Source of the DNA: Patescibacteria group bacterium
GTDB lineage: Bacteria; Patescibacteriota; Saccharimonadia; Saccharimonadales; JAUPVS01
Direction of reading: 5' to 3'
Assembly (NCBI GenBank): GCA_030916945.1
Contig: JAUPVS010000002.1
Location: forward strand, 10,688 to 74,687
DNA: 64,000 nucleotides
Every line of letters starts with the position of its first letter. Within the stretch, counting starts at the first letter, position 1. A model generated the notes under the pieces. That model did not search any database, was not told the DNA's origin, and saw only the letters and a list, made by a program, of their open reading frames with translations. Shown one piece after another: positions 38,342 through 47,781 of the stretch. Both the position numbers and the translations under genes were made by a program.

Positions 38342-39994
38342 TTACATGCCCATCATGCCACCGCCCATACCAGCAGCGGCTGCAGCAGCGTCATTGTTCT
38401 TTTCGGGTATATCAACCACCAAGGCACCCATTGTCATGCTTGTACCGGCCACCGACACAGCGTTTTGAACGGCTTCTTTAGTTACTCGAGCTGGGTCAAC
38501 TACACCCTTAGCCTTCAGATCAACCAGCTTATCTGGAGTATTAACGTTAACACCCTGCCCTGGCTTCTTGGCATCGCGAATCTTGGGTAACCACTCGTCG
38601 GGGTTCAGGCCAGAGTTGCGCATCAGCTCAAAGAAAGGCTGTAATAGAGCTGTCTTGAGTAGCTGACGACCAGCCGCTTCGCTATCCGAGCCCTCAACCT
38701 TTATACCGTCGCTCAGGTTTAGCAGCGTCACGCCACCACCGGCCACAATACCTTCGTCCAAGGCGGCCTTAACAGCGGCCACGGCGTCGTCGACACGGAA
38801 TTTCTTTTCTTCGATTTCGGTTTCGGTGGCACCACCAACCTTAATTACGGCAACTTTACCACTTAGAGCAGCTCGGCGTTTTTCAAAGTTTTCTTTGTCG
38901 TATTCACTGCTAGCAGTCAACGCCTGGCCATTAATTTGGTCGATGCGGACTTTGACGTCTTGGGCCCGACCAGCACCTTCGATAATAGTGGTTTCGTCTT
39001 TGCCGACAATAATCTTGCGGGCGCTACCAACGACATCAAGGTCAACGTTTTCGAACGTCATGCCTTGGTCTTCGGTAATAACGGTTGCCCCTGTTAGGAT
39101 GGCGATGTCTTCAAGGATTTCCTTGCGGCGATCACCAAATGATGGCGCCTTAACGGCGATGGTGTTAAATACGCCCTTGAGCTTGTTGAGTACTAGGGTA
39201 CCTAAGGCTTCGCCCTCAACATCCTCGGCAATTAGAACTAGGTCTTTCTTACCAGCCGCCGCCAATTTTTCTAGCAAAGGTAGGAATTCTTGAATACTGG
39301 TAATTTTTTGTTCGGTAATAACTACGGCCGGCTTTTCGGCGATTGCCTCCATGCGAGTGGTGTCAGTTACCATGTAGGCACTGACAAAACCACGGTCAAA
39401 GGTAAAGCCTTCAACAACTTCACTCTCTAGATCTAGACCCTGGCCTTCTTCTACAGTGACAACGCCTTCTTTACCAACCTTGTCGATGACATCTGCAATT
39501 AATTGGCCAATTTCGGCATCACCAGCCGAGATAGTAGCAACTTCGGCCACGCGCGACTTCTTACCCTTAATATCTTCGGCCAAGCCACCCAGTTTGCTAA
39601 TAACTTCGTGGGCAGCACTTTCTAGGCCCTTGCGTAACAGCATTGGGTTGTGACCAGCGGCAATTAGCTTATTAGCTTCATTCAAAATGTGGTAAGTTAG
39701 CACCGTTACAGTGGTAGTTCCATCACCGGCAACATCATTCATCTTATTAGCAGCCTGCTTAATGAGCTCGGCACCAACCTTGTAGCCCAAGGTTTCGTCG
39801 TCTTCTTCGGCCAATTCGACGCCTTTAGCAACAGTTACACCGTCATGAGTCACGGTTGGGCTGCCGTAGGCTTTACTGATAACTACGTTGCGGCCTTTTG
39901 GACCCATGGTAGTTTTAACTGCGTTGTACAAAATCTCGGCACCAGCTAGCACGCGGCGGCGAGCATCGTCATCGTAAAATACTTTTTTTGCCAT
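38342..39994 (-). CDS. groL: chaperonin GroEL
   Basis: Full-length Cpn60 with AAVEEGIVAGGG... equivalents and the C-terminal GGM repeat (GMGGGMMGM). Confidence 0.95.
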   Translation of the reverse strand: MAKKVFYDDDARRRVLAGAEILYNAVKTTMGPKGRNVVISKAYGSPTVTHDGVTVAKGVELAEEDDETLGYKVGAELIKQAANKMNDVAGDGTTTVTVLTYHILNEANKLIAAGHNPMLLRKGLESAAHEVISKLGGLAEDIKGKKSRVAEVATISAGDAEIGQLIADVIDKVGKEGVVTVEEGQGLDLESEVVEGFTFDRGFVSAYMVTDTTRMEAIAEKPAVVITEQKITSIQEFLPLLEKLAAAGKKDLVLIAEDVEGEALGTLVLNKLKGVFNTIAVKAPSFGDRRKEILEDIAILTGATVITEDQGMTFENVDLDVVGSARKIIVGKDETTIIEGAGRAQDVKVRIDQINGQALTASSEYDKENFEKRRAALSGKVAVIKVGGATETEIEEKKFRVDDAVAAVKAALDEGIVAGGGVTLLNLSDGIKVEGSDSEAAGRQLLKTALLQPFFELMRNSGLNPDEWLPKIRDAKKPGQGVNVNTPDKLVDLKAKGVVDPARVTKEAVQNAVSVAGTSMTMGALVVDIPEKNNDAAAAAAGMGGGMMGM

Positions 39995-40007
39995 TACGTG
40001 TGTCTCC

Positions 40008-40274
40008 TTATTTAACCGTCGCCAGGACGTCTTCTTCTTTTACTAAAATATAGTCTTCTTTTTCTACCTTTACATCGGTAGTGCTGTAGCTCTTATAGAT
40101 GATACGATCACCTTTTTTTACCTGTGTAACGGCCGGACCAGTCGCCAATACGGTGGCAGTCTTAGGCTTTTCTTGAGCATTATTGGGCAAGTACAAACCA
40201 CTAGCTGTGCGCTCGTTAGCAGTATCACCTTGCGCAACGATGTAATCCGCGAGAGGGTGTAGATTGAGGGACAT
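40008..40274 (-). CDS. groS: co-chaperonin GroES
   Basis: 88-aa Cpn10 sited directly upstream of groL. Strong RBS AAAGGAGGT. Confidence 0.9.
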   Translation of the reverse strand: MSLNLHPLADYIVAQGDTANERTASGLYLPNNAQEKPKTATVLATGPAVTQVKKGDRIIYKSYSTTDVKVEKEDYILVKEEDVLATVK

Positions 40275-40335
40275 AATAAAAACCTCCTTTTAAAACGTTA
40301 AAAACCTCTTGGTAGAGGCATTGTAGCGAAGATTT

Positions 40336-40362
40336 TTAGCACTTTCAAGCCTAGAGTGCCAA
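40336..40362. promoter_or_regulatory. CIRCE inverted repeat (HrcA operator) overlapping the groES promoter
   Basis: TTAGCACTT-tcaagccta-GAGTGCCAA matches the CIRCE consensus TTAGCACTC-N9-GAGTGCTAA. On the minus strand it overlaps TTGAAA-N17-TACAAT upstream of groES. Confidence 0.6.
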
Positions 40363-40373
40363 ATTTAGCTTAG

Positions 40374-41183
40374 TTATCGTTCTGGTGGAGACATGTAGCC
40401 ACGTAAAGCTACTTGGGCGGCGTGATCAGCCCGATCCTGACGCTGGGCATCGATCTCGAAAATCATTTCTTTGGCTTCGTCCATGCCGGGCATCCAGTCA
40501 CCTTGATCAAAGTCGATACAGTAAATATCCATGGTCTCTGGGTCAACAAGTATATTTTTGGTTTTACTTGTAGTGGTTGTTTTTTCGGCATCTTGGTCGG
40601 TGAACTTATAGTCCACGCTTTCACCTTTTACAAAGTCAGAGATACCACCAAGATCAAGCTTACCGTCTAAGTTAACCCCGTCACTTGTGCGGCTGTTAAC
40701 TTCACCGATCACTGAGTACATATACTTCAAACCATTGAACAGGCCACGAACGTTATGCAGTAAACGGGGGTCACGCTGCTGGTCAGGATTAAGATCCATA
40801 AATCTAACGTTTGGAACCCGCTTTTGAACAATTATTTCGGCTGGGCGCGACACGCCATTCTCTTCAACGGTTGACGCCAGGAACATTGACTCGGGGATGT
40901 AATCTCCCAAAAAGTGCGTCAAAATTTCGTACTTATTCTTCTTGTAATGAGTGCCCCGGACAACCGCTTCATCGGCTTGGTGAATTGACCAACGCTCTTG
41001 GCGGCGTTGGTTGGGGGTCTTGTGACTAATCTTAACCACCCAGTCACCACTTTCAGCTAAAAGTCGTGCTTCGGGCGGCAGCTTCAAGCCATGAACAAGG
41101 TTATCTTGACCGCGGCCGACAATATTACCGCTTTCGGCGTGCAATCCGCTTACTTGCGGGCGACGGCGCTGTTGCTTTGCCAT
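40374..41183 (-). CDS. hypothetical protein (weak atypical-kinase-like NILVD...IDFD segment)
   Basis: 269-aa basic protein. KNILVDPETMDIYCIDFDQGDW is reminiscent of a kinase catalytic-loop/DFG-like arrangement, but no Gly-rich loop was recognised. Confidence 0.4.
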   Translation of the reverse strand: MAKQQRRRPQVSGLHAESGNIVGRGQDNLVHGLKLPPEARLLAESGDWVVKISHKTPNQRRQERWSIHQADEAVVRGTHYKKNKYEILTHFLGDYIPESMFLASTVEENGVSRPAEIIVQKRVPNVRFMDLNPDQQRDPRLLHNVRGLFNGLKYMYSVIGEVNSRTSDGVNLDGKLDLGGISDFVKGESVDYKFTDQDAEKTTTTSKTKNILVDPETMDIYCIDFDQGDWMPGMDEAKEMIFEIDAQRQDRADHAAQVALRGYMSPPER

Positions 41184-41215
41184 AATGCTGTTATTATATC
41201 ACACTTATGCTTAAT

Positions 41216-41518
41216 TTACAACTGTGGGTCCGTTGCTGTGGTTTGGTTGCTTTGTCTTGCGATCAGCTTCATGAAGTTCCTAGCCATTATCGTGTCCAGC
41301 ATAATTAATTCTTCGTCCGGTTCAACTTCAGCAATATCGCCAACCACAACAGTTTCAGCTGTTGCGAGATAGCCTTCAAGATCATCACCATCATAGTGAA
41401 AAAAACTTGCGGCCTCAGCTAATTCAGCCTCGGTTAAAGTTTGTTCGTCAGTAACTGGCTCTGCCACTCTGTCACGACGATATTCATCTAAATAAACAAT
41501 GTTGTCTAAATCTGTCAT
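41216..41518 (-). CDS. small hypothetical acidic protein
   Basis: About 100 aa starting at MTDLDNIVYLDEY. The longer ORF to 41608 would overlap the divergent gene. Immediately downstream of the previous hypothetical on the same strand. Confidence 0.3.
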   Translation of the reverse strand: MTDLDNIVYLDEYRRDRVAEPVTDEQTLTEAELAEAASFFHYDGDDLEGYLATAETVVVGDIAEVEPDEELIMLDTIMARNFMKLIARQSNQTTATDPQL

Positions 41519-41591
41519 AATTTGCCATATTATACTTGTCTTATGCCTTTTTGTCAACAGTTTGGGCACTTGGTGGCCAGTGCTACAATCT

Positions 41592-42452
41592 ATGCTAATG
41601 GCTACCATAAATCGTCGCGTATTGATGTCTGGAACAGATTATTTTTCTGACGATTTTGCGATTAACCCGTATATGGATAGTTCTCTGGCGGTCGACCGAC
41701 AAAAGGCTAATCAGGAACACCAGGCTATACAGGCCGCTTTTAAAGATGCCGGCATAGCAATAGAAACAGTGGCTGCACCTCCAGATTGCCAGGACGGGGT
41801 TTACACGGCCAACTGGGCGCTTACCAGGGGTAATATGGCAGTTATGTCTTCCCTTCCCAACAAGCGCCAAGCCGAAGAGCCCCACGCCAAAGAGGCCCTA
41901 GAAAACCTAGGCTTTGTCACCGTGGAGGCGCCTTTTCACTTCAGTGGACAGGGCGATGCTCTACCTTGCGGTGACCTAGTCTTTATGGGTAGTCGTTACC
42001 GGACCGACCCGCAAATGCACCGTTTTATCGCCGAAACCCTAGGCTATCAAGTAATCGGCCTACAGACCGTGCCGTCACGGCTTAAGGGCGTTCCGGTGGT
42101 AAATGCTGTGACTGGTTGGCCAGACAGCTTTTTTTATGACATCGACTTAGCCTTATCAGTATTGACGCCAAACCTGATCGCTTGGTGCCCCGAAGCTTTT
42201 GTACCAGAGAGTCAGAATAAAATTGAGCGTCTGCCAATCGATAAAATTGAAGTTTCATTAGAAGAAGCTACCAAAGGTTTTGCCTGTAATCTGGTTTCTA
42301 GCGGTGAAACGGTGATCATGAGCGCCCAAGCACCGGAGCTAAAAAAAGCGATTGAAGCGCACGGGCTCAAAACAATCACCCCAGCAGTCAGTGAGCTAGC
42401 CAAAGGTGGTGGTTATATTCGTTGCGTTAGCTTAACGCTTGATAACGCGTAG
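41592..42452 (+). CDS. amidinotransferase-superfamily hydrolase (DDAH / arginine-deiminase-like)
   Basis: The C-terminal GGGYIRCVSL matches the GGG-x-RC catalytic Cys motif shared by arginine deiminase, DDAH and amidinotransferases. Size (~285 aa) fits DDAH-like enzymes. Start uncertain (41592, 41598 or 41634). Confidence 0.55.
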   Translation: MLMATINRRVLMSGTDYFSDDFAINPYMDSSLAVDRQKANQEHQAIQAAFKDAGIAIETVAAPPDCQDGVYTANWALTRGNMAVMSSLPNKRQAEEPHAKEALENLGFVTVEAPFHFSGQGDALPCGDLVFMGSRYRTDPQMHRFIAETLGYQVIGLQTVPSRLKGVPVVNAVTGWPDSFFYDIDLALSVLTPNLIAWCPEAFVPESQNKIERLPIDKIEVSLEEATKGFACNLVSSGETVIMSAQAPELKKAIEAHGLKTITPAVSELAKGGGYIRCVSLTLDNA

Positions 42453-43796
42453 CGCTTTTTTGACTGTCGCCACCTCGTCGTAATCGCGTTTTACTACCCG
42501 GCGCGGGTCGTCGTCACTTTGGACCATGTGGCGCAGTTCAGCCGCCTTAGGACCATTGCTTAAGATGGATTTTTCGTGCCCCTTCCCTAACAAGATGACG
42601 ATATCGTCTTTTTTGGCCATTTCGATGGCTTTTTGCACGGCGTCTTCGCGTTTGTGCACCAAAAACAAGTCCTTGCCGCGGTGTTTGCCGGCTTTTTCGG
42701 CGCCACTGGCGATTTGTTCCAAGATTTCTTGACCATCAATGTCGCGATCATCTTCTTCGGTAGCAATGACGACGTCGCAGAGTTTGCCAGCCACTTCGCC
42801 TTGAGCCGCCCGTTTGCTTTCGTCACGCCGGCCAGCCGAGCCAAATACGGTAATTAAGCGCTCCTTGGTGAGCGGTCTAACCTCGGTAAAAATCTTTTCA
42901 AAGCTTTCTGGTGTGTGGGCGTAATCAACGATTACCGCGAAATCCTGCCCCTCATCAACCCGGGTCATACGGCCTTCGACGGCTTGCAAGCTAGCAATCC
43001 CCTGCTCCACCTGTTGCTTGGTTAAGCCAATCGCCCGTCCCACGCCAACTGCGGCTAACGAGTTGTAAACGTTGAAACTGCCTGGCAAGTGACAGGTAAT
43101 ATCATAGCTGTCGCCGTCGATGGTAGCCTTGTAGGTGCTGCCAACTGGGGTCAACTTAACGTCCTCGGCACGCAAGCCACCCTTCTTTAGGCCGTACAGT
43201 ATCGGGTTCTTGACCTCTTTGGCAAATAGCTCACCGCTGGGGTCGTCGGCGTTGGCAATACCAACTCTCAGCCCTTTACGATTACGATTAGTCTGCGTAA
43301 ACAACATCTTTTTGGCGTCACGATAACGCTCAAACGTACCGTGGTAGTCAAGGTGTTCATGGCTCAGGTTGGTCATTACGGCCACGCTGTAAGGCACCGC
43401 CCAAACCCGGTGTTGAGCCAGAGCGTGCGAGGTGGTTTCGAGCACCAGCCACTCGGCCCCGCTGTCTTTGATTTTCTTAAGTTTGCCGACCAGGTCCATC
43501 GCCCCCATGGTAGTCATCCGACTGGGGTTGGCCTGCTCGCCCTTGCCATCACCATAATCAACCGAAATAGTCGTCATCATGGCCACTTTATAGCCATTGG
43601 CGCGCAACATTTGCGTAATTAGGCTGCAGGTACTGGTCTTGCCGTCGGTACCAGTAACACCGATGATCTGGAGCTGGCGGGCCGGAAAACCATGCTTAGC
43701 TTGAGCAATTACCGCCTCGCCCCAGTGACCATAGGGCTCAATGGCCTTAAAGGCTTTACCGGGGATAACTTTCTTAACTATTCTTCGCAAACCCAT
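42432..43796 (-). CDS. murE: Mur ligase, probable UDP-MurNAc-tripeptide synthetase MurE
   Basis: P-loop IIGVTGTDGKTST and the DYAHTPESFEKIF block (MurE DYAHTPDAL-like). C-terminal Mur ligase domain. Confidence 0.6.
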   Translation of the reverse strand: MGLRRIVKKVIPGKAFKAIEPYGHWGEAVIAQAKHGFPARQLQIIGVTGTDGKTSTCSLITQMLRANGYKVAMMTTISVDYGDGKGEQANPSRMTTMGAMDLVGKLKKIKDSGAEWLVLETTSHALAQHRVWAVPYSVAVMTNLSHEHLDYHGTFERYRDAKKMLFTQTNRNRKGLRVGIANADDPSGELFAKEVKNPILYGLKKGGLRAEDVKLTPVGSTYKATIDGDSYDITCHLPGSFNVYNSLAAVGVGRAIGLTKQQVEQGIASLQAVEGRMTRVDEGQDFAVIVDYAHTPESFEKIFTEVRPLTKERLITVFGSAGRRDESKRAAQGEVAGKLCDVVIATEEDDRDIDGQEILEQIASGAEKAGKHRGKDLFLVHKREDAVQKAIEMAKKDDIVILLGKGHEKSILSNGPKAAELRHMVQSDDDPRRVVKRDYDEVATVKKALRVIKR

Positions 43797-43819
43797 TAAC
43801 CCCCAGTATACTAGGTTTC

Positions 43820-44881
43820 ATGAAGATTCTTGGGATTGAGTCCAGTTGTGACGAAACAGCCGCCGCTATAGTAGAGGATGGCTATACTTTACTGGGCAAC
43901 GCCGTGGCTACCAGTATGGATATCCATGCTCAGTATGGTGGTGTCATTCCAGAAATCGCCGCCCGTAGCCACATCGAGTCGATTATCCCCGTAATCAAAG
44001 AGGCTCTAGAGCAAGCCGCCTGCACCTGGGACGACATTGATGGTATAGCCGTAACCTACGGCGCCGGTCTAAGCGGCAGCCTTTTGGTAGGTGTTATGAC
44101 GGCCCGTAGCCTGGCCATAACTAAGCAGAAACCGCTATACGCCGCTAACCATGTTGAGGGTCATGTTTACGCCAACTTCTTAACGCAAACTCCCCTGCCC
44201 GGCTACACCTTGCCATCCAACCAGCCATCTTTCCCCTTATTAGCCCTAATTGTCAGTGGTGGTCACAGCCAACTCGTATTATTCCGCGACCACTTTGACT
44301 ACACCCTGCTGGGCCAAACCCATGACGACGCCATTGGCGAAGCCTTTGATAAGGTCGCCAAGGTACTAGGCCTTCCCTACCCCGGTGGCCCCAGCATTGG
44401 CAAAAAGGCCCTCGAAGGGAACCCGCTGGCTTTCACCTTTCCCAAGGCTAAGATGCCGGGCAAGTATGATTTTAGTTTTTCTGGGCCAAAAACAGCCGTT
44501 TTAAGAACTATTCAAGAACTTTGTGGTAAACCACACGATTTTCCCTCATTTGAGCTTGCAGGGCTACTCAGCGAACCTCAGAAGGCCGATATTGCCGCCA
44601 GCTTCCAGCGTATTGCCGTCGAAACCGTGGTTGATAAGACAATCTTGGCCTACAAGGAGTTTCAACCCGCCAGCGTGGTTATTGCCGGTGGTGTAGCTGC
44701 CAGCCCAGAGTTACGGAAACAGTTGGCCGATCGCCTCCCCTGTTCAATCAGCTACACCGACCCCAAGCTGTGCACCGACAATGGCGCCATGATCGCAAAC
44801 TTAGGCTGCTTTATGGCCAAGCACCAGCGACCTCTGGCCGACCCCTATACTCTAGGGATTGAACCTAACCTTTCTATGTAA
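43820..44881 (+). CDS. tsaD: tRNA N6-adenosine threonylcarbamoyltransferase TsaD
   Basis: MKILGIESSCDETAAAIV N-terminus and the Kae1/YgjD His-His metal-site region (VEGHVYAN). Confidence 0.9.
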   Translation: MKILGIESSCDETAAAIVEDGYTLLGNAVATSMDIHAQYGGVIPEIAARSHIESIIPVIKEALEQAACTWDDIDGIAVTYGAGLSGSLLVGVMTARSLAITKQKPLYAANHVEGHVYANFLTQTPLPGYTLPSNQPSFPLLALIVSGGHSQLVLFRDHFDYTLLGQTHDDAIGEAFDKVAKVLGLPYPGGPSIGKKALEGNPLAFTFPKAKMPGKYDFSFSGPKTAVLRTIQELCGKPHDFPSFELAGLLSEPQKADIAASFQRIAVETVVDKTILAYKEFQPASVVIAGGVAASPELRKQLADRLPCSISYTDPKLCTDNGAMIANLGCFMAKHQRPLADPYTLGIEPNLSM

Positions 44882-45201
44882 TATTGCTTGTGCTTTGTCA
44901 ATGTAGCACAGGTCAGTTTTGTGTAGTATGCTAGTGCTTGAAAACAAACACTGGGAAATGAACGCAGCAGGCCTGCACGTTCTCAGCCTTAGAGCTTAGT
45001 TTGATTAAAATAGTAGACATTATTACAGCAAGTTCCAGGGGTAGGGGAGCTTGATTTAATAATGTTTTAATAATTTTCACATGAATCTGTATCTGTTTGC
45101 GTCTTAATTAAAAGTTAAGAATTGGTCGAGGCGAATAGGGTTGTGAATTATTAAATTCTAGCTCTCTAACAGATGTGGTATTCTTAAGAAGTTAATATTA
45201 G

Positions 45202-47781
45202 GTGAATCAGGGGCAGGGAAATTACGTGAAGCTATCAAAAGCCTACGAACCGGGTCAGTACGAAGAAACCATCTACGCTCTTTGGGAAAAGAGCCAAGCC
45301 TTTACGCCGCAAAGCGGCAATGGCAAGCCCAGCTTTAGTATTGTCGTCCCACCGCCTAACGCCAACGGCAACCTGCACATCGGCCATGGCCTAACTAATG
45401 CTATCGAAGATATTTTGGTTCGCTACCACCGTATGAAAGGCTATAACGCGCTGCTTTTACCAGGGGCCGACCATGCCGGCTTTGAAACTCAAGTGGTTTA
45501 CGAAAAACACCTGGCCAAAGAAGGGAAGAGTCGCTTTGACTTTACCCGCGAGCAACTCTACGACCAGATCTACGAATTTGTCGCTCAGAACAGAGATAAC
45601 TATGAGGCCCAGTTCCGCAAGCTAGGAGCTGGTATAGACTGGAGTCGCTTCACCTTTACCCTTGACCAAAAGATTGTCGACCGCGCCTATGCCACATTTA
45701 AACAGATGTGGGACGACAAACTAATATACCGCGGTAAGCGCCTGGTTAACTTCTGTACCTTTCATGGCACCGCCTTTGCCGACATTGAGGTAGCATACCA
45801 AGAAGATGCTGGCCATTTGTGGCATATTAGCTATCCTCTGACCGATGGTAGCGGGGAAGTGGTCGTCGCTACAACGCGCCCCGAAACCATGCTGGGCGAT
45901 ACTGCCGTGGCCGTTCACCCCGACGATAAACGTTATGCCAAATACATTGGCAAAACCATTCATTTACCTCTGACGAAACGCGAAATACCAATCGTTGCCG
46001 ACGCCATGGTGGAGCAGACCTTTGGTACCGGCGCCGTTAAGATCACGCCGGCTCACGACCCCAACGATTACGAGGTCGCTCAACGTCATGACCTGCCGAT
46101 GATCACCGTAATCGACCATGAAGGCAAGATGACCGATGTCCCCGAAGCTTATCGCGGCCTCTCCGTTACCGACGCCCGCAAACAAGTTGTGGCAGACTTA
46201 GAAGCGGCCTCGTTGTTAGTCAAAACCGAGGCCGTTAAACACAGTGTTGGTCACTGCTATAAGTGTGGTACGGTCATTGAACCGCTGTTGCGCGAACAAT
46301 GGTTCGTCAATATGCAACCTCTGGTAAAACCGGCCATCAAAGCCCTGGAAGACAAGCAAATCACTTTCTATCCAGACAATAAACGAACTCAACTAATCAG
46401 CTATCTGCAGGGTTTGCGCGACTGGAACATCAGTCGCCAGATTGCTTGGGGGATTCCTATCCCGGCTTTCCAGAACATCGACAACGAAGACGACTGGATC
46501 TTTGACGACCGCGTTAAAGAAGAACTGATTGTAGTGGAAGGCAAGACCTACCGCCGCGACCCCGATGTATTCGATACTTGGTTTAGCAGTTCGAGCTGGC
46601 CTTATGCCACCCTGGACTTTCCCGAAGGGGCCGACTTTAAAGAGTTTTACCCCTTAAGCGTCATGGATACTGGGGCTGACATTTTGTACCCATGGGTTAG
46701 CCGTATGATCATGTTTGGTCTCTATATTACCGGGGAAGTTCCATTTAAAAACGTCTACTTGCATGGCTTAGTGTTAGACCAGCATGGCGCCAAAATGAGC
46801 AAGAGCAAGGGCAATGTCATCGACCCGATCACCAAGGTAGAAGAGTTTGGCTCAGACGCCTTCCGTATGGGCGTGATTGCCGGCCAAACCGCTGGCAATA
46901 ACCAGCCGTATGACGAAACTAAGGTAATTGGCGCCCGCAACTTCTGTAACAAACTCTGGAATGTAGCGCGCTTCATAGAAGACAAGCTTGGCGACAAAGC
47001 AGTAAGTACTGTGCCGCAACCACAAACACCAGCCGATCACTGGATGTTGAGTAAGTTACAACAATCTACAGAGGTAATTGGTTTATATTTAGAGTCCTTC
47101 CGCCTGGCCGAGGCTTATGACACGATCTATCATTTACTATGGGATGACTTTGCCGATTGGTATATTGAAGCCTCAAAAGAAGCCCATAACCCCTCGGTAT
47201 TGGCCTATTCTTTAGAAACTATCCTGAAGTTAGCTCACCCGTTCGCGCCTTTTGTGACCGAAACCATTTGGCAAACACTGGCCTGGCAACCTGATAGCCT
47301 ACTAACAACCAGTGACTGGCCAGAGCCAGTTACGGCCAACGCCAAGCAGGCCAAAGACTTTGAAGCGATTAAAACCATCGTAACAGAGGTGCGCGTGATG
47401 GCACGAGCTCTTAAAACCAATGACCTCGAGCTGCAACACAGTGGCGAGGCTTTCTTGAACGACCACGCCGCCCAAATCGCCAAACTAGCCAAGATCACCG
47501 CCGTTAGCGAAGCGCCGGGCGGGCAGGGGGTAAAACTAATTCAATCGACTTACCCGTGCTGGCTAAATGTTTCTACCGAAAAGGCCCAGGCCTACCTAAA
47601 AGAATTGGACGATCAGCAAACCCAGCAGGCTAGCATCGTTCAGCAACTAAAGAAACGCCTTGGCAACAAGTCTTACGTAGACAACGCACCAGAGGCGATT
47701 GTGAAGCAGACCAAAGAACAGTTGGCCGAAGCCGAACGACTCTTACAAGGTATCCAGGAACAGAAACAACGCTTTAGTTAA
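45202..47781 (+). CDS. valS: valine--tRNA ligase
   Basis: PPPNANGNLHIGHG (HIGH) and KMSKSKGN, a CP1 editing domain, and a C-terminal coiled coil. The true start may be the GTG at 45226 (VKLSKAYEPGQYEE aligns with the ValS N-terminus and has an AGGGA RBS). Confidence 0.95.
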   Translation: MNQGQGNYVKLSKAYEPGQYEETIYALWEKSQAFTPQSGNGKPSFSIVVPPPNANGNLHIGHGLTNAIEDILVRYHRMKGYNALLLPGADHAGFETQVVYEKHLAKEGKSRFDFTREQLYDQIYEFVAQNRDNYEAQFRKLGAGIDWSRFTFTLDQKIVDRAYATFKQMWDDKLIYRGKRLVNFCTFHGTAFADIEVAYQEDAGHLWHISYPLTDGSGEVVVATTRPETMLGDTAVAVHPDDKRYAKYIGKTIHLPLTKREIPIVADAMVEQTFGTGAVKITPAHDPNDYEVAQRHDLPMITVIDHEGKMTDVPEAYRGLSVTDARKQVVADLEAASLLVKTEAVKHSVGHCYKCGTVIEPLLREQWFVNMQPLVKPAIKALEDKQITFYPDNKRTQLISYLQGLRDWNISRQIAWGIPIPAFQNIDNEDDWIFDDRVKEELIVVEGKTYRRDPDVFDTWFSSSSWPYATLDFPEGADFKEFYPLSVMDTGADILYPWVSRMIMFGLYITGEVPFKNVYLHGLVLDQHGAKMSKSKGNVIDPITKVEEFGSDAFRMGVIAGQTAGNNQPYDETKVIGARNFCNKLWNVARFIEDKLGDKAVSTVPQPQTPADHWMLSKLQQSTEVIGLYLESFRLAEAYDTIYHLLWDDFADWYIEASKEAHNPSVLAYSLETILKLAHPFAPFVTETIWQTLAWQPDSLLTTSDWPEPVTANAKQAKDFEAIKTIVTEVRVMARALKTNDLELQHSGEAFLNDHAAQIAKLAKITAVSEAPGGQGVKLIQSTYPCWLNVSTEKAQAYLKELDDQQTQQASIVQQLKKRLGNKSYVDNAPEAIVKQTKEQLAEAERLLQGIQEQKQRFS

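Noticed and set aside
44882-45225. T-box riboswitch upstream of valS
   Set aside because: The region was searched by eye for the conserved T-box sequence and specifier/antiterminator arrangement and none was found. It is kept only as an unexplained long leader.
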